This document shows positions 39,449-49,709 of a stretch of DNA of 64,000 nt, piece after piece. The first letter of the stretch is position 1. Every line of letters begins with the position of its first letter. A program made the position numbers and the translations under genes. Below the pieces are notes generated by a model, which was given only the letters and a program-made list of their open reading frames with translations, did no database searches and was not told where the DNA came from. This DNA is from Candidatus Hydrogenedentota bacterium (GTDB taxonomy: Bacteria > Hydrogenedentota > Hydrogenedentia > Hydrogenedentales > SLHB01): the NCBI GenBank assembly GCA_963674865.2, contig CAXXYE010000009.1, positions 1,856,001-1,920,000 of the forward strand, read 5' to 3'.

Positions 39449-40693
39449 CTACGCGTACTGTTCCGGGGGACAGGGAAGGTCCACGCTTTCGAGTATGGGG
39501 TCGTTTGTCTCGCACATCCAGTCCTCAAGCCGCCGGGCGAGATCGTCGCGAACGTCCGCCAGATCGGGGCAATCGGCCAGGTTGTTCTCTTCCCACGGAT
39601 CCGCCTCGAGGTCGTAGAATTCCTCCCGGGGGCGAGGTTCGTTGGCATCCGGGCGCAAGGTCTTCGATGCGATGCTCCTCTTGATATCCTTCGGCAGGGG
39701 GATTCTCACTTGGTCGGTGAAACTGCGAATGTACTTGTAGCGTTCCGTGCGCACCATGCGGCAGGGGTCGAACTCGTCGTGGAAGTTCTTCTCGGAGAAC
39801 ACGACCTCCCGGGGCGTGTAAGCGCCGCCTGACAGCAAGCCGTAGAAACTGCGGCCTTGCACGTCCTCCGGTATGGGGGCGCCGGCCGCTTCGAGGAGCG
39901 TCGGCATCAGATCGATATTGCTCAACAGCTCGTTCCGCACGCCGCGGAATCCTTCCGGAAAGCGCATCACGAGCGTCGTGGCGATGCCCGGGTCGAAGAG
40001 TGTGGATTTGGCGCGCGGGAAAGCGGCCCCGTGGTCGGTGGTGAACACCACGATGGTGTCGTCGCGATGGCCCGAGGCGTCGAGCGCTTCGAGCAGGGCG
40101 CCCGCCGCTTCATCGAGATAGCGGATCGCGCCGTGGAAGCGGGCCCGCTCGAGTCGGACTTCGGGGGTGTCGGGCAGATACGGCGGCAGTTCGACGTCTC
40201 TAGGGTCGTCGAACACGTAGTGGTCTCGCTCGAAGGTGAGATGTACTTCCCCGGTGCCCGCGTTGATGTAGAAGGGCTCCGGCACCGTCTTGAGGTAGTC
40301 CGCGAGGTGGGCCACGACGGCCTTGGCGTCGTTCGACTCGGCCCACTGATAGGCGTAGCGGTTCTGCGCGCGATCCTTGCGCTCGTGTTGCAGGCCGATG
40401 TTCGCCGTGTGGTATCCCGCCTCGTTGAGGCAGTCCACCAGCGTCCGTTCGGATGGGGGCAAGTCCCAGCCTAGATTCACCAAGCCGATCAGCCCGTTGC
40501 TGTGGGCATACTTGCCCGTCATGATGCAGCCTCGGGAGGGGCTGCACGGCGTGGATGCGGCGAAATAGCGGGTGAAGCGGACGCCCTCTTCCGCAAGCCG
40601 GTCGAGATGGGCACTCGGGATAGTACGATTGCCGTAGCAGGCCAGCTCTTGGCCGAGGTCGTGGCAGATCAACTGGACGATGTTATACGGCAC
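39449..40693 (-). CDS. Sulfatase (formylglycine type)
   Basis: CSPSRG..MTG signature, TTDHG, DLMPTLL. Confidence 0.92.
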   Translation of the reverse strand: MPYNIVQLICHDLGQELACYGNRTIPSAHLDRLAEEGVRFTRYFAASTPCSPSRGCIMTGKYAHSNGLIGLVNLGWDLPPSERTLVDCLNEAGYHTANIGLQHERKDRAQNRYAYQWAESNDAKAVVAHLADYLKTVPEPFYINAGTGEVHLTFERDHYVFDDPRDVELPPYLPDTPEVRLERARFHGAIRYLDEAAGALLEALDASGHRDDTIVVFTTDHGAAFPRAKSTLFDPGIATTLVMRFPEGFRGVRNELLSNIDLMPTLLEAAGAPIPEDVQGRSFYGLLSGGAYTPREVVFSEKNFHDEFDPCRMVRTERYKYIRSFTDQVRIPLPKDIKRSIASKTLRPDANEPRPREEFYDLEADPWEENNLADCPDLADVRDDLARRLEDWMCETNDPILESVDLPCPPEQYA

Positions 40694-40738
40694 GTCTCAT
40701 CCCTCGATGGCTCGCGGTAGACAACGGGCGGCTTGGGA

Positions 40739-41566
40739 TTAGAGGCGGCTGATGACGCGGCGGAGGTACGCCACGGACTTGCGGATATCCTTGGCCTGCT
40801 GCGGGCCGGAGATCTCGCGCTCGATGACGACCTCGCCCTTGAACTTGAGGCTTTTCAGGCGGCGCAGCAGCTTTGGCCACTCCACCTTGCCTTTCCCAAT
40901 CGCCACTTCCTTGCCTAGCTCCCGGCCGTTTGTGGGATACAGGCCGTCCTTGGCGTGAAGGTTCTTGACGTATTTCCCGAAGACGTCGAGGGAGTCCACA
41001 GGATTGGCCTTGCCGTACAAGACACAATTGGCGGTGTCGAGGTTGATGCCAAGGTTGGGAAGGCCCATGTCCTCAATGGTGCGCAGCAGCGTCACCGGCG
41101 TCTCCTGGCCCGTCTCGAACCAGAAGCCAATCCCGAGCTTGTTGCAGTGGCCGGCGACGTCTTTCAGGGCCTCGATGGTAGGCGGGTACAGGCGGTCGGA
41201 CGGGTTCTCGGGGATGAAGCCGACGTGCGTGATGATCGCGGGCGCGCCCGCCGCCGCGGCGAATTCGGCGCCCTTCTTGAGGTCCGCGACGCGCCGCTTC
41301 CGGGTGCGCGGCGGCACCAGGCCGAGCGTGCCTGGGCCATCGATGAAGTTCCACACGCATTTGCCTGAATAGCCCGCCCATACGGCTGCGATGCTTACGC
41401 CGGCCGCCTTGGCCTGGGCCTTGATCTCTTTCGCCCGCGTCTCCGACCACGTCGTCGGATCCCAATTGCAGAGTTGGCATGTTTTCAGGCCGAATTCCGC
41501 TACGTGCCGGAAGGGATCGTTGTCTTTCTTGAGACTCGTCAATACGCCGACTTCCATCTTTGCCAT
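40739..41566 (-). CDS. Sugar-phosphate isomerase/epimerase (xylose-isomerase-like TIM barrel)
   Basis: THVGFIPE, ETGQE, NLDTAN, HAKDG, IERE. Confidence 0.88.
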   Translation of the reverse strand: MAKMEVGVLTSLKKDNDPFRHVAEFGLKTCQLCNWDPTTWSETRAKEIKAQAKAAGVSIAAVWAGYSGKCVWNFIDGPGTLGLVPPRTRKRRVADLKKGAEFAAAAGAPAIITHVGFIPENPSDRLYPPTIEALKDVAGHCNKLGIGFWFETGQETPVTLLRTIEDMGLPNLGINLDTANCVLYGKANPVDSLDVFGKYVKNLHAKDGLYPTNGRELGKEVAIGKGKVEWPKLLRRLKSLKFKGEVVIEREISGPQQAKDIRKSVAYLRRVISRL

Positions 41567-42038
41567 CACTTCGCTCTCCTTAGACTAACGCCCGCGTTGC
41601 AGGGATCTTGAAACGGCCCTACGCTCACGGCAGCGCCCTTTTAGTCGCCCTTCTTCCCCGTGAAGGGGCTGCGGATGATGTGCCCGCCGCGCTTGAGGTC
41701 GTGGCCCATTCCTTTGAGGGTGCCGCAGCCTACCAGGGCCAGACACAAAAGCAAGGCCGCTGTAATCCGTAGCTTTGACATAGAGAAGGTACTCCAATGT
41801 TCTTTTCGCTGTGCATTCTAGTTCCGGCCCGCTGGCCGTTCAAGGCAAAACGGGCGTCCAGGCGCGGCCGATTCGTTTGCCCGGCCACCGGAGCCGTTTG
41901 ATTCCTGCCCACAGGGCGTGGTAGACAGTCAGGCACAGCCCGCCGGGTCTTGGGCTCTTTGGATGGATGGCCCGGCGCCACGCTTTCCCTATCAGGCCGT
42001 CATGCGCGGCTACTGGATAATCAGACGTAAGCCGATCT

Positions 42039-42746
42039 ATGTCCAAGAAGAATGAGAGGCCCGCCGTGGTGCTCCTGAGCGGAGGCATGGACTCCTCTGT
42101 CCTGCTGCATCACGTGGCACGTGGCTTGGCGCACGGCCCGGTGTATGCCCTCAGCTTCCACTACGGGCAGCGCCACGCCCGGGAGCTCGAATGCGCGCGT
42201 TGGCAGGCCGAGGCCGCCGGCGCGGCCGAACACCGCCTGCTCGACGTCGCTTTTCTGGGTGGCCTCGTCCAGGCGGGCTCAACGCTCGTGGATGGTGGTG
42301 GCGAGGTTCCCGATCTGGACACGCTCGAGCAGGGGCAATTGGATCAGCCGCCTACGTACGTGCCTAATCGGAATATGGTCTTGCTGTCCCTTGCCACGGC
42401 CTACGCGGAGGCGCGGGGGATTCGCGATGTATTTTACGGCGCGCAAGCGCAGGATGAATACGGCTACTGGGACTGCACGGCCGAGTTCGTCAAGCGGCTG
42501 AACCACACGCTGTCGCTCAATCGCCGCACGGCCGTCACGATCCATGCGCCTTTCGCGGCCATGCGCAAAGCGGCCACGCTCAAGCTCGGGCAAGGCCTGG
42601 GGGTGGACTTCGCCCACACCTGGAGTTGTTACCGCGGTGGCGAGATCGCCTGCGGCCGGTGCCCGACTTGTGTCGAGCGGCTCAACGCTTTTCGTGAAGC
42701 CGGCGCCGAGGATCCGCTGCCGTATCAAGAAAACGACGCCCGGTAA
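42039..42746 (+). CDS. queC: 7-cyano-7-deazaguanine synthase
   Basis: LSGGMDS, YGQRH, TYVPNRN, TWSCY...CGRCPTC. Confidence 0.95.
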   Translation: MSKKNERPAVVLLSGGMDSSVLLHHVARGLAHGPVYALSFHYGQRHARELECARWQAEAAGAAEHRLLDVAFLGGLVQAGSTLVDGGGEVPDLDTLEQGQLDQPPTYVPNRNMVLLSLATAYAEARGIRDVFYGAQAQDEYGYWDCTAEFVKRLNHTLSLNRRTAVTIHAPFAAMRKAATLKLGQGLGVDFAHTWSCYRGGEIACGRCPTCVERLNAFREAGAEDPLPYQENDAR

Positions 42747-42783
42747 CTCGGGCGTATTGTCGAGAGCGAGAGGAGAGGTCCCT

Positions 42784-43089
42784 ATGCATATCGTTCACGT
42801 AAGCATCCACGTCAAACCGGAATGCGTCGAGGCTTTCAAAAAGGCTACGGTCATCAACGCGAGTAATAGCGCGCAGGAACCGGGCATCGCGCGGTTCGAC
42901 TTCATCCAGCAGCAAGATGATCCGACGCGGTTCATGCTGGTTGAGGTCTACCAGTCGCCCGACGACGTGGCCAAGCACAAGGAAACGGCCCACTACAACA
43001 CGTGGGCGGAAACGGTGGCCGACATGTTTGCGGAAGAGCGGACGCGCATCTTTTACACCAACGTCTTTCCGGAAAACGCGCGCTGGTAG
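42784..43089 (+). CDS. Antibiotic biosynthesis monooxygenase / LsrG-like protein
   Basis: [31 protein letters not shown]. Confidence 0.85.
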   Translation: MHIVHVSIHVKPECVEAFKKATVINASNSAQEPGIARFDFIQQQDDPTRFMLVEVYQSPDDVAKHKETAHYNTWAETVADMFAEERTRIFYTNVFPENARW

Positions 43090-43739
43090 AGAGAGCCGTT
43101 TCCCAGCAGGGCACTCGCGGGCGTTGAGGGCGTGGCACTGGGCTGCCCGGCCTCAGTGCTCCGCGGTTTTGAATTGGCCCAGTAAACAAGGCTCGTTCTG
43201 TTCTCCGATCTTGCTCAACCGTGTTCTCCCGCGACGGACACCACGCTAGCCTTAGAAACCGCGCGCGAACGCGAGAGTATCCCCAGCTAGGCTGTCGCAG
43301 GCCCGGCTTGCGTAACTCTCCTTCTCACAAATACTTGCGCCCACGCCCTTGATCAGGCCTCGGTTGCCTAGCTGCCGCATCCCCTCCGCCAGTTAACTTT
43401 GTGTTCCCACACCGCCCCACAGTTGACGATCGGCCCTGGTGTTAGCGCTAATCTGAAATTGGATATCACTGAGCTGTACACCATTGGGGCTTGACGCGTG
43501 TTTCTGTTGCTGATAGTCTAGATCCACGTTACGGACTCGGGCGTGCGGGGGATGGCCGGATTCGGCCTTGTTCTTCTCACGCTGGTATAAGACGGCTGTT
43601 CCCGCCCGTGTCTGCAGGGATTCCAAGCAAGGATGCTGACGGAGACGCCCGAATGATCTTCGATAGCTCCGGTAATCTCTATCTCACGGAGACGGTGTAC
43701 GAAGAGAACCGGTAGTCTCCGAGAAAGGAGCGGTGCGCT

Positions 43740-45116
43740 ATGTATACTCCGCGAACGTGGGGCCTTGCCGTCGTATTGGCCGCTGTGATTCTGGCCCGCT
43801 GTGACGTCGGCCCGAGCAATGTGTGGCGGGTGGACGCCTGCTCGCCGGCGGGTGAGGAGGCACAGGACGGCCTGACGTGGGAAACGGCCTTCGACACGAT
43901 TCAGGAGGGGCTCGACGCAGCCGCCGCGAAGTGCGGCGCCAACGGTGTGGCCTGTGAAGTCTGGATCGCCGGGGGAACCTACACGGGCGTCGGCGCCAAT
44001 GTCGAGGTTGACCAGGGGCACTACGGCGTCTTCGTCGAGGAATGCGTCGTTGCGCTGCGGGACGACGTACATGTCTACGGGGGATTCGCCGGGAATGAAA
44101 TCCGTCGTGGCGCGCGCGACATTCTCGCTCATGCGACGATCATTGACGGCGAAGAAACGCGTCGTTGCGTGTTTGCCGAGGATATTCCCGCGGGCGGCGC
44201 CACGCTCGACGGCATCACGCTCACGAACGGGCAAGCCTTTCGCGGGGGAGGCCTGTATAACCTCAACGCGAGCCCCAAGGTAGTACACTGTGCATTTACT
44301 TTGAACTATTCGACATACTCTGGTGGCGCTCTCTCGTCAAGCCAAGGAGGCGGCGTCTACAACATCGACGGGGCAAATCCGGCTATTTCCGGCTGCACGT
44401 TCACCGGAAACAACGCGTTCCTTGGTGGCGCCGTCTACAACGGCGAGGGGACGGCGCCTGTCCTGAGCCAGTGCGTGTTCACGGAGAACGTGGGATCCTA
44501 CGGCGGGGCGATGACTAACGACGGCGCATCGTGCACGCCCGAATTGAGCGGTTGTGCCTTTGCAGGAAACTCCGGGAGCCAATCCGCTGGGGCAATCCTG
44601 AGCATGCAGGCATCCAGCTTGCGTGTGGTGAACTCCGTCTTCATTAGGAATACTTCGAAATTCGGCGGCGCGATCGCTACCGACAGTTCGGCAACGCTCG
44701 ACGCGATCAACTGCTCGTTCTTCGGGAATACCGTATCCCTCACCGGCGGCGCGATCTGGAATGGCAGCGCCGTAGCCGAACTCACCAACTGCATCCTGTG
44801 GGGTGATTCGTCCGAGGCCAGCGCCGACGTACCGTTCCCCGCGGATCCGGAAGTCCACAATGACGGTGAGACGCCCTGTGTCATCACATACTCCTGCATC
44901 CAAGGCGGCTATGACGGCGAGGGGAACATAGACACAGATCCGCTGTATGCCGATCCGGAGGCGGATGATCTCCACCTGGCGTCCGGCTCGCCCTGCATCG
45001 ACGCCGGCACCTCGGAGGGCGCGCCCGACAGCGACTTCGACGGCGCGCCACGGCCCGTCGGCGCGGGCATCGATATCGGCGCATTTGAAAGTGACATGAC
45101 GGATACTCGCCGATAG
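43740..45116 (+). CDS. Secreted right-handed beta-helix protein (Pmp-like GGA(I/V)/FxxN repeats, choice-of-anchor-Q-like C-terminus), copy 1
   Basis: Signal peptide, DGLTWETAFDTIQ, FxxN/GGAI repeats, SPCIDAG...DIGAFE. Confidence 0.85.
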   Translation: MYTPRTWGLAVVLAAVILARCDVGPSNVWRVDACSPAGEEAQDGLTWETAFDTIQEGLDAAAAKCGANGVACEVWIAGGTYTGVGANVEVDQGHYGVFVEECVVALRDDVHVYGGFAGNEIRRGARDILAHATIIDGEETRRCVFAEDIPAGGATLDGITLTNGQAFRGGGLYNLNASPKVVHCAFTLNYSTYSGGALSSSQGGGVYNIDGANPAISGCTFTGNNAFLGGAVYNGEGTAPVLSQCVFTENVGSYGGAMTNDGASCTPELSGCAFAGNSGSQSAGAILSMQASSLRVVNSVFIRNTSKFGGAIATDSSATLDAINCSFFGNTVSLTGGAIWNGSAVAELTNCILWGDSSEASADVPFPADPEVHNDGETPCVITYSCIQGGYDGEGNIDTDPLYADPEADDLHLASGSPCIDAGTSEGAPDSDFDGAPRPVGAGIDIGAFESDMTDTRR

Positions 45117-45233
45117 CGGCGCGACAAAGCTGACGGAGACGCCCGAATGATCTTCGATAGCTCCGGTAATCTCTATCTCACGGGGACGGTGTACGAAGAG
45201 AACCGGTAGTTTCCGGGAAAGGAGCGGTGCACT

Positions 45234-46610
45234 ATGTATACTCCGCGAACGTGGGGCCTTGCCGTTGTATTGGCCGCTATGATTCTGGCGCGGTGTGACG
45301 TCGGCCCGAGCAATGTGTGGCGGGTGGACGCCTCCTCGCCCGCGGGTGAGGAGACACAGGATGGCCTGACGTGGGAAACGGCCTTCGACACAATTCAGGA
45401 GGGCATCGACGCGGCCGCCGCGAAGTGCGGCGCCAACGGTGTGGCCCGTGAAGTCTGGATCGCCGGGGGAACCTACACGGGCGTCGGCGGTAACAGCGAA
45501 GTCGAGTACGAGTACTACGGCGTCTTCGTCGAGGAATGCGTCGTTCTGCTGCGTGATGGTGTACATGCCTACGGGGGATTTGCCGGTGATGAAATCCGTC
45601 GTGACGCGCGCGACGTTGTCGCCTATGCGACGATCATTGACGGCGAAGAAACGCGCCGTTGCGTGTTCGCGGAAGACATTCCCGCGGGCGGCGCCACGCT
45701 CGACGGCATCACGCTCACGAACGGGCAAGCCTTTCGCGGGGGAGGCTTGTATAACCTCAACGCCAGCCCCAAGGTAGCCAACTGCAAGTTCACGCTGAAC
45801 CGCTCGACACGCTATGATAGTGATCTTACGTCCAGCCGAGGAGGCGGTATCTACTGCATCGACGGGGCAAATCCGGTCATTTCCGGCTGCACCTTCACCG
45901 GAAACAACGCGTTCCTTGGCGGCGGCCTGTACAACGGCGAGGGGACGGCGCCTGTCCTGAGCCGGTGCGTGTTCACGGAGAACCTCGGCGCCCACGGCGG
46001 TGCGATGACTAGCGACGGCGCATCGTGCACGGCCGAATTGAACGCCTGTACCTTTGTAGGAAACCGCGGAACCGAACTCGCTGGGGCAGTCTTCAGCAGG
46101 AGTGGACTCAGTCTGCGTGTGGTGAACTCCGTCTTCATTAAGAACACGTCGAAATTCGGCGGCGCGATCTATGCCGGCTCTTCGACAACGCTCGAAGCGA
46201 TCAACTGCTCGTTCTTCGGGAATACCGTATCCCTTAGTGGCGGTGCGATCTGGAACGACAGTGCGGCAGCCCAACTCACGAACTGCATCCTGTGGGGCGA
46301 CTCGTCCGAGGCGCCCGGCGGCGCGCTGCTCGCCGCGGATCCGGAAGTCCACAACGAGGGCGAGACGCCCTGCGTCATCACGTACTCCTGCGTCCAAGGC
46401 GGCTATGAAGGCGAGGGAAACATGGATGCAGATCCGCTGTATGGCGATCCGGAGGCGGATGATCTCCACCTGGCGTCCGGCTCGCCCTGCATCGACGCCG
46501 GCACCTCGGAGGGCGCGCCCGACAGCGACTTCGACGGCGCGCCACGGCCCGTGGGCGCGGGCATCGATATCGGCGCATTTGAAAGTGACATGACGGATAC
46601 TTGCCGATAG
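45234..46610 (+). CDS. Secreted beta-helix protein, copy 2
   Basis: Paralogue of 43740-45116. Confidence 0.85.
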   Translation: MYTPRTWGLAVVLAAMILARCDVGPSNVWRVDASSPAGEETQDGLTWETAFDTIQEGIDAAAAKCGANGVAREVWIAGGTYTGVGGNSEVEYEYYGVFVEECVVLLRDGVHAYGGFAGDEIRRDARDVVAYATIIDGEETRRCVFAEDIPAGGATLDGITLTNGQAFRGGGLYNLNASPKVANCKFTLNRSTRYDSDLTSSRGGGIYCIDGANPVISGCTFTGNNAFLGGGLYNGEGTAPVLSRCVFTENLGAHGGAMTSDGASCTAELNACTFVGNRGTELAGAVFSRSGLSLRVVNSVFIKNTSKFGGAIYAGSSTTLEAINCSFFGNTVSLSGGAIWNDSAAAQLTNCILWGDSSEAPGGALLAADPEVHNEGETPCVITYSCVQGGYEGEGNMDADPLYGDPEADDLHLASGSPCIDAGTSEGAPDSDFDGAPRPVGAGIDIGAFESDMTDTCR

Positions 46611-46727
46611 CGGCGCGACAAAGCTGACGGAGACGCCCGAATGATCTTCGACAGCTCCGGGAATCTTTACCTCACGGGCTCGGTGTACGAAGAGAACCGG
46701 TAGACTGTGGGAAAGGAAGGGTGCGCT

Positions 46728-48101
46728 ATGTATACTCCGCGAACGTGGGGCCTTGTCGTCGTATTGGGCGCCATGATTCTGGCCCGTTGTGACGTCGGCC
46801 CGGGCAACGTGTGGCGGGTGGACGCCTCCTCGCCCGCGGGTGAGGAGACACAGGATGGCCTGACGTGGGAAACGGCCTTCGACACAATTCAGGAGGGGCT
46901 CGATGCGGCCGCCGCGAAGTGCGGCGCCAGCGGTGTGGCCTGTGAAGTCTGGATCGCCGGGGGAACCTACACGGGCGTCGGCGGTAATAGCGAGGTCGAG
47001 TACGAGTACTACGGCGTTTTCGTCGAGGAATGCGTCGTTCTGCTGCGGGACGGTGTGCATGTCTACGGGGGATTTGCCGGTGATGAAATCCGTCGTGACG
47101 CGCGCGACATTCTCGCCCATGCGACGATCATTGACGGCGAAGAAACGCGCCGTTGCGTGTTCGCGGAAGACATTCCAGCGAGCAGCGCGACGCTCGACGG
47201 CATCACGCTCACGAACGGGGAAGCCTTTCGCGGGGGAGGTATGTATAACCTCAGCGCCAGCCCCAAGGTAGTCAAATGTACATTTACGCGAAACTACTCG
47301 ACCCATTACGATAGTGCTCTTGAGTCCGGCCAAGGAGGCGGCGTCTACAACATCGACGGGGCCAATCCGGTGATCTCCGGCTGTACCTTTGCCGAGAACG
47401 GCGCCTTTTTCGGCGGCGGCCTGTACAACGGCGAGGGGACGGCGCCTGTCCTGAGCCAGTGCGTGTTCACGGAGAATGGCGCCATGATTGGCGGTGCGAT
47501 GGCCAGCGCAGGCACATCGTGCACGGCCGAATTGAACGCCTGTACCTTTGTGGATAACTATGGACATTACCACTCTGGGGCAATCTCTGTTGGTTCATCC
47601 AGCCTGCGCATGGTGAACTCCGTCTTCACTGGGAATACATCGAGATTCGGCGGCGCGATCGGTACCAGTTCTTCGGCGACGCTCGAAGCGATCAACTGCT
47701 CGTTCTTCGGGAATGCCGCATCCCTTAGCGGCGGCGCGCTCTGGAATGGCAGCGCGGCAGCCGAACTCAAGAACTGCATCCTGTGGGGCGATTCGTCCGA
47801 GGGGCTCGCCGAACCGGCGCTTCCCACGGATCCGGAAATCCACAACGAGGGCGAGACGCCCTGCGTCATCACATACTCCTGCGTCCAAGGCGGCTACGAC
47901 GGCGAGGGAAACATAGACACAGATCCGCTGTATGCCGATCCGGAGGCGGATGATCTCCACCTGGCGTCCGGCTCGCCCTGCATCGACGCCGGCACCTCGG
48001 AGGGCGCGCCCGACAGCGACTTCGACGGCGCGCCACGGCCCGTCGGCGCGGGCATCGATATCGGCGCATTTGAAAGCGATGTGACGAGTACTTGCCGATA
48101 G
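46728..48101 (+). CDS. Secreted beta-helix protein, copy 3
   Basis: Paralogue; MYTPRTW start by alignment. Confidence 0.85.
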   Translation: MYTPRTWGLVVVLGAMILARCDVGPGNVWRVDASSPAGEETQDGLTWETAFDTIQEGLDAAAAKCGASGVACEVWIAGGTYTGVGGNSEVEYEYYGVFVEECVVLLRDGVHVYGGFAGDEIRRDARDILAHATIIDGEETRRCVFAEDIPASSATLDGITLTNGEAFRGGGMYNLSASPKVVKCTFTRNYSTHYDSALESGQGGGVYNIDGANPVISGCTFAENGAFFGGGLYNGEGTAPVLSQCVFTENGAMIGGAMASAGTSCTAELNACTFVDNYGHYHSGAISVGSSSLRMVNSVFTGNTSRFGGAIGTSSSATLEAINCSFFGNAASLSGGALWNGSAAAELKNCILWGDSSEGLAEPALPTDPEIHNEGETPCVITYSCVQGGYDGEGNIDTDPLYADPEADDLHLASGSPCIDAGTSEGAPDSDFDGAPRPVGAGIDIGAFESDVTSTCR

Positions 48102-48109
48102 TGGCGCCA

Positions 48110-48215
48110 AAGGCGCCACAGCGTCGCGCGAGCTCATTCAGACTCAGGTGATCCAGTGCGCCGTGCAAGCGTTTGTTGTTGTAGTGCTCGTTCCAGCGTT
48201 GGGCCAGCGCTTGGC
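48110..48215 (-). pseudogene. Remnant of an IS3-family transposase C-terminus
   Basis: QRWNEHYNNKRLHGALDHLSLNELARR resembles the W...YN..RPH.aL...tP.Ef end of IS3 integrase cores. Confidence 0.5.
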
Positions 48216-48232
48216 TCTGCCCGGCAACGTGC

Positions 48233-48261
48233 TTGACTTCCTGCGTGGCCTGCGCTACATT
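48233..48261 (+). promoter_or_regulatory. Sigma70 promoter of the rsgA leader
   Basis: TTGACT-17 bp-TACATT. Confidence 0.6.
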
Positions 48262-48314
48262 CTGCATTGTTTGATGCGAGTTGACACGAGGTCCAACCAG
48301 GAAAGGAGGCGTGC

Positions 48315-48377
48315 ATGTTGGCTATTGTGAGAGAGCGAGTCGTTGCGATGTCACGCCCCCGCCGGGCCTGCCGCTAG
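48315..48377 (+). CDS. 20-aa leader peptide (uORF) MLAIVRERVVAMSRPRRACR
   Basis: AAGGAGG RBS; lies between promoter and terminator upstream of rsgA. Confidence 0.6.
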   Translation: MLAIVRERVVAMSRPRRACR

Positions 48378-48442
48378 AACCGTGTTCCAACCTTGAGAAT
48401 CTAGTCGCCGCGCCATCCGGGCGGGGCTTATCCGGCTTTTCC

Positions 48443-48483
48443 AGAGTCGCGGGCGTGACACGCGCCTGCGGCTTTTTCTTTCT
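48443..48483 (+). terminator. Intrinsic terminator (attenuator) upstream of rsgA
   Basis: GTCGCGGGCGTG-ACA-CGCGCCTGCGGC followed by TTTTTCTTT. Confidence 0.75.
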
Positions 48484-48545
48484 TCACCGTGATTTCCAGC
48501 GCCGCGTCTGTGGCGAATTGCCTATTGACAGGGAGATGATTACCG

Positions 48546-49628
48546 ATGAATTTGGCTGAACTGGGATGGAGCGACTTCTTTGCGAAGTCGTTTGAGCCTC
48601 TGAGTACGCGCGGCTTTGTGCCCGCTAGGGCGTCGCGCGAACATAATCGTGTTTACAGCGTTATCGCGGAAGAAGGTGTGTTTAGCGCCGAGGTGTCGGG
48701 AAGGTTTGCCTACGACGCCGCGAGCAAGAAGGATTTCCCCGCCGTGGGCGACTGGGTGGCGATCCAGCCGGAATCGGGAGGCGGGCGTGCCACCATCCAC
48801 GCCGTGCTGCCGAGGAAGAGCGCTTTCGTCCGCAAGACGGCGGGGGCGCGCACCGAGGAGCAGGTTGTCGCGGCGAATGTGGACATTGTCTTCCTCGTCA
48901 GTGGCCTGGACGGCGACTTCAGTGTTCGCCGTATCGAACGCTACCTGACAGCCGCGTGGGATAGCGGCGCCAGTCCGGTTGTCGTGCTTAACAAGGCCGA
49001 TCTCTGCGCCGACGTGGAGGAGCGGGCCCGCGAGGTGGAGTCCGTCGCCTTCGGCGTGCCGATTCTCTCCGTGAGCGCGAAGGAGGCTCAAGGGATGGCG
49101 GCGTTGCGCGAGCAGATCGGGCAAGGGAAGACCGCCGCCTTTCTCGGCTCGTCGGGCGTGGGCAAGTCCACGCTTATCAACGGGCTGCTGGGCGTCTCGC
49201 GCCAGGAAGTCCAGGACGTCCGGGGGGATGACAGCCGCGGCCGACATACGACAACATACCGAGAGTTGGTGGTGATTCCCGGGGGCGGCCTCGTCATTGA
49301 CACGCCGGGCATGCGTGAACTCCAGCTCTGGAGCGATGGCGATGGCCTCGAACGCACCTTCGAGGATATCGAGGAACGCGCCGCCGAGTGCCGGTTCCGG
49401 GATTGCCGCCATGAGTCCGAGCCCGGCTGCGCCGTCCGGCGGGCGCTCGAGGAGGGTGAGCTGGATGAAGGGCGGTGGCGGAGCTATCTCAAGTTGCGCA
49501 AGGAACTGGACTACTTGGCGAGCCGGCAGGATCAGAGCGCGCGCCTTGTCGAGAAAGCCCGGTGGAGGAAGATCGCCATGGAAGTCAGGCGTATCGAGAA
49601 GAATAAGCAATCGAGGGGAGACAGGTAG
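48546..49628 (+). CDS. rsgA: Ribosome small-subunit-dependent GTPase A
   Basis: PAVGDWV, NKAD, GSSGVGKST, GRHTT, DTPGMRE, CRFRDCRH..EPGC. Confidence 0.93.
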   Translation: MNLAELGWSDFFAKSFEPLSTRGFVPARASREHNRVYSVIAEEGVFSAEVSGRFAYDAASKKDFPAVGDWVAIQPESGGGRATIHAVLPRKSAFVRKTAGARTEEQVVAANVDIVFLVSGLDGDFSVRRIERYLTAAWDSGASPVVVLNKADLCADVEERAREVESVAFGVPILSVSAKEAQGMAALREQIGQGKTAAFLGSSGVGKSTLINGLLGVSRQEVQDVRGDDSRGRHTTTYRELVVIPGGGLVIDTPGMRELQLWSDGDGLERTFEDIEERAAECRFRDCRHESEPGCAVRRALEEGELDEGRWRSYLKLRKELDYLASRQDQSARLVEKARWRKIAMEVRRIEKNKQSRGDR

Positions 49629-49709
49629 CATCTCCTGCCCGGCTCCTTTTCCGCTTGGCCGTTGATGGGGTAGACTCGGGCGAGCGCGATTGCGAATGGA
49701 GGAGAATGG

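Larger units (their letters stand above)
43635..48101 (+). repeat. Triple tandem duplication, 1494-bp unit
   Basis: Units begin at GCTGACGGAGACG at 43635, 45129 and 46623. Confidence 0.95.

Noticed and set aside
41570..42038. preQ1 riboswitch upstream of queC
   Set aside because: No recognisable preQ1 stem-loop with an A-rich tail
44337..47573. 1078-aa minus-strand ORF
   Set aside because: Antisense shadow of the three GC-rich repeated genes
43635..48101. Diversity-generating retroelement
   Set aside because: No reverse transcriptase in the window; differences are not adenine-specific and whole genes are duplicated
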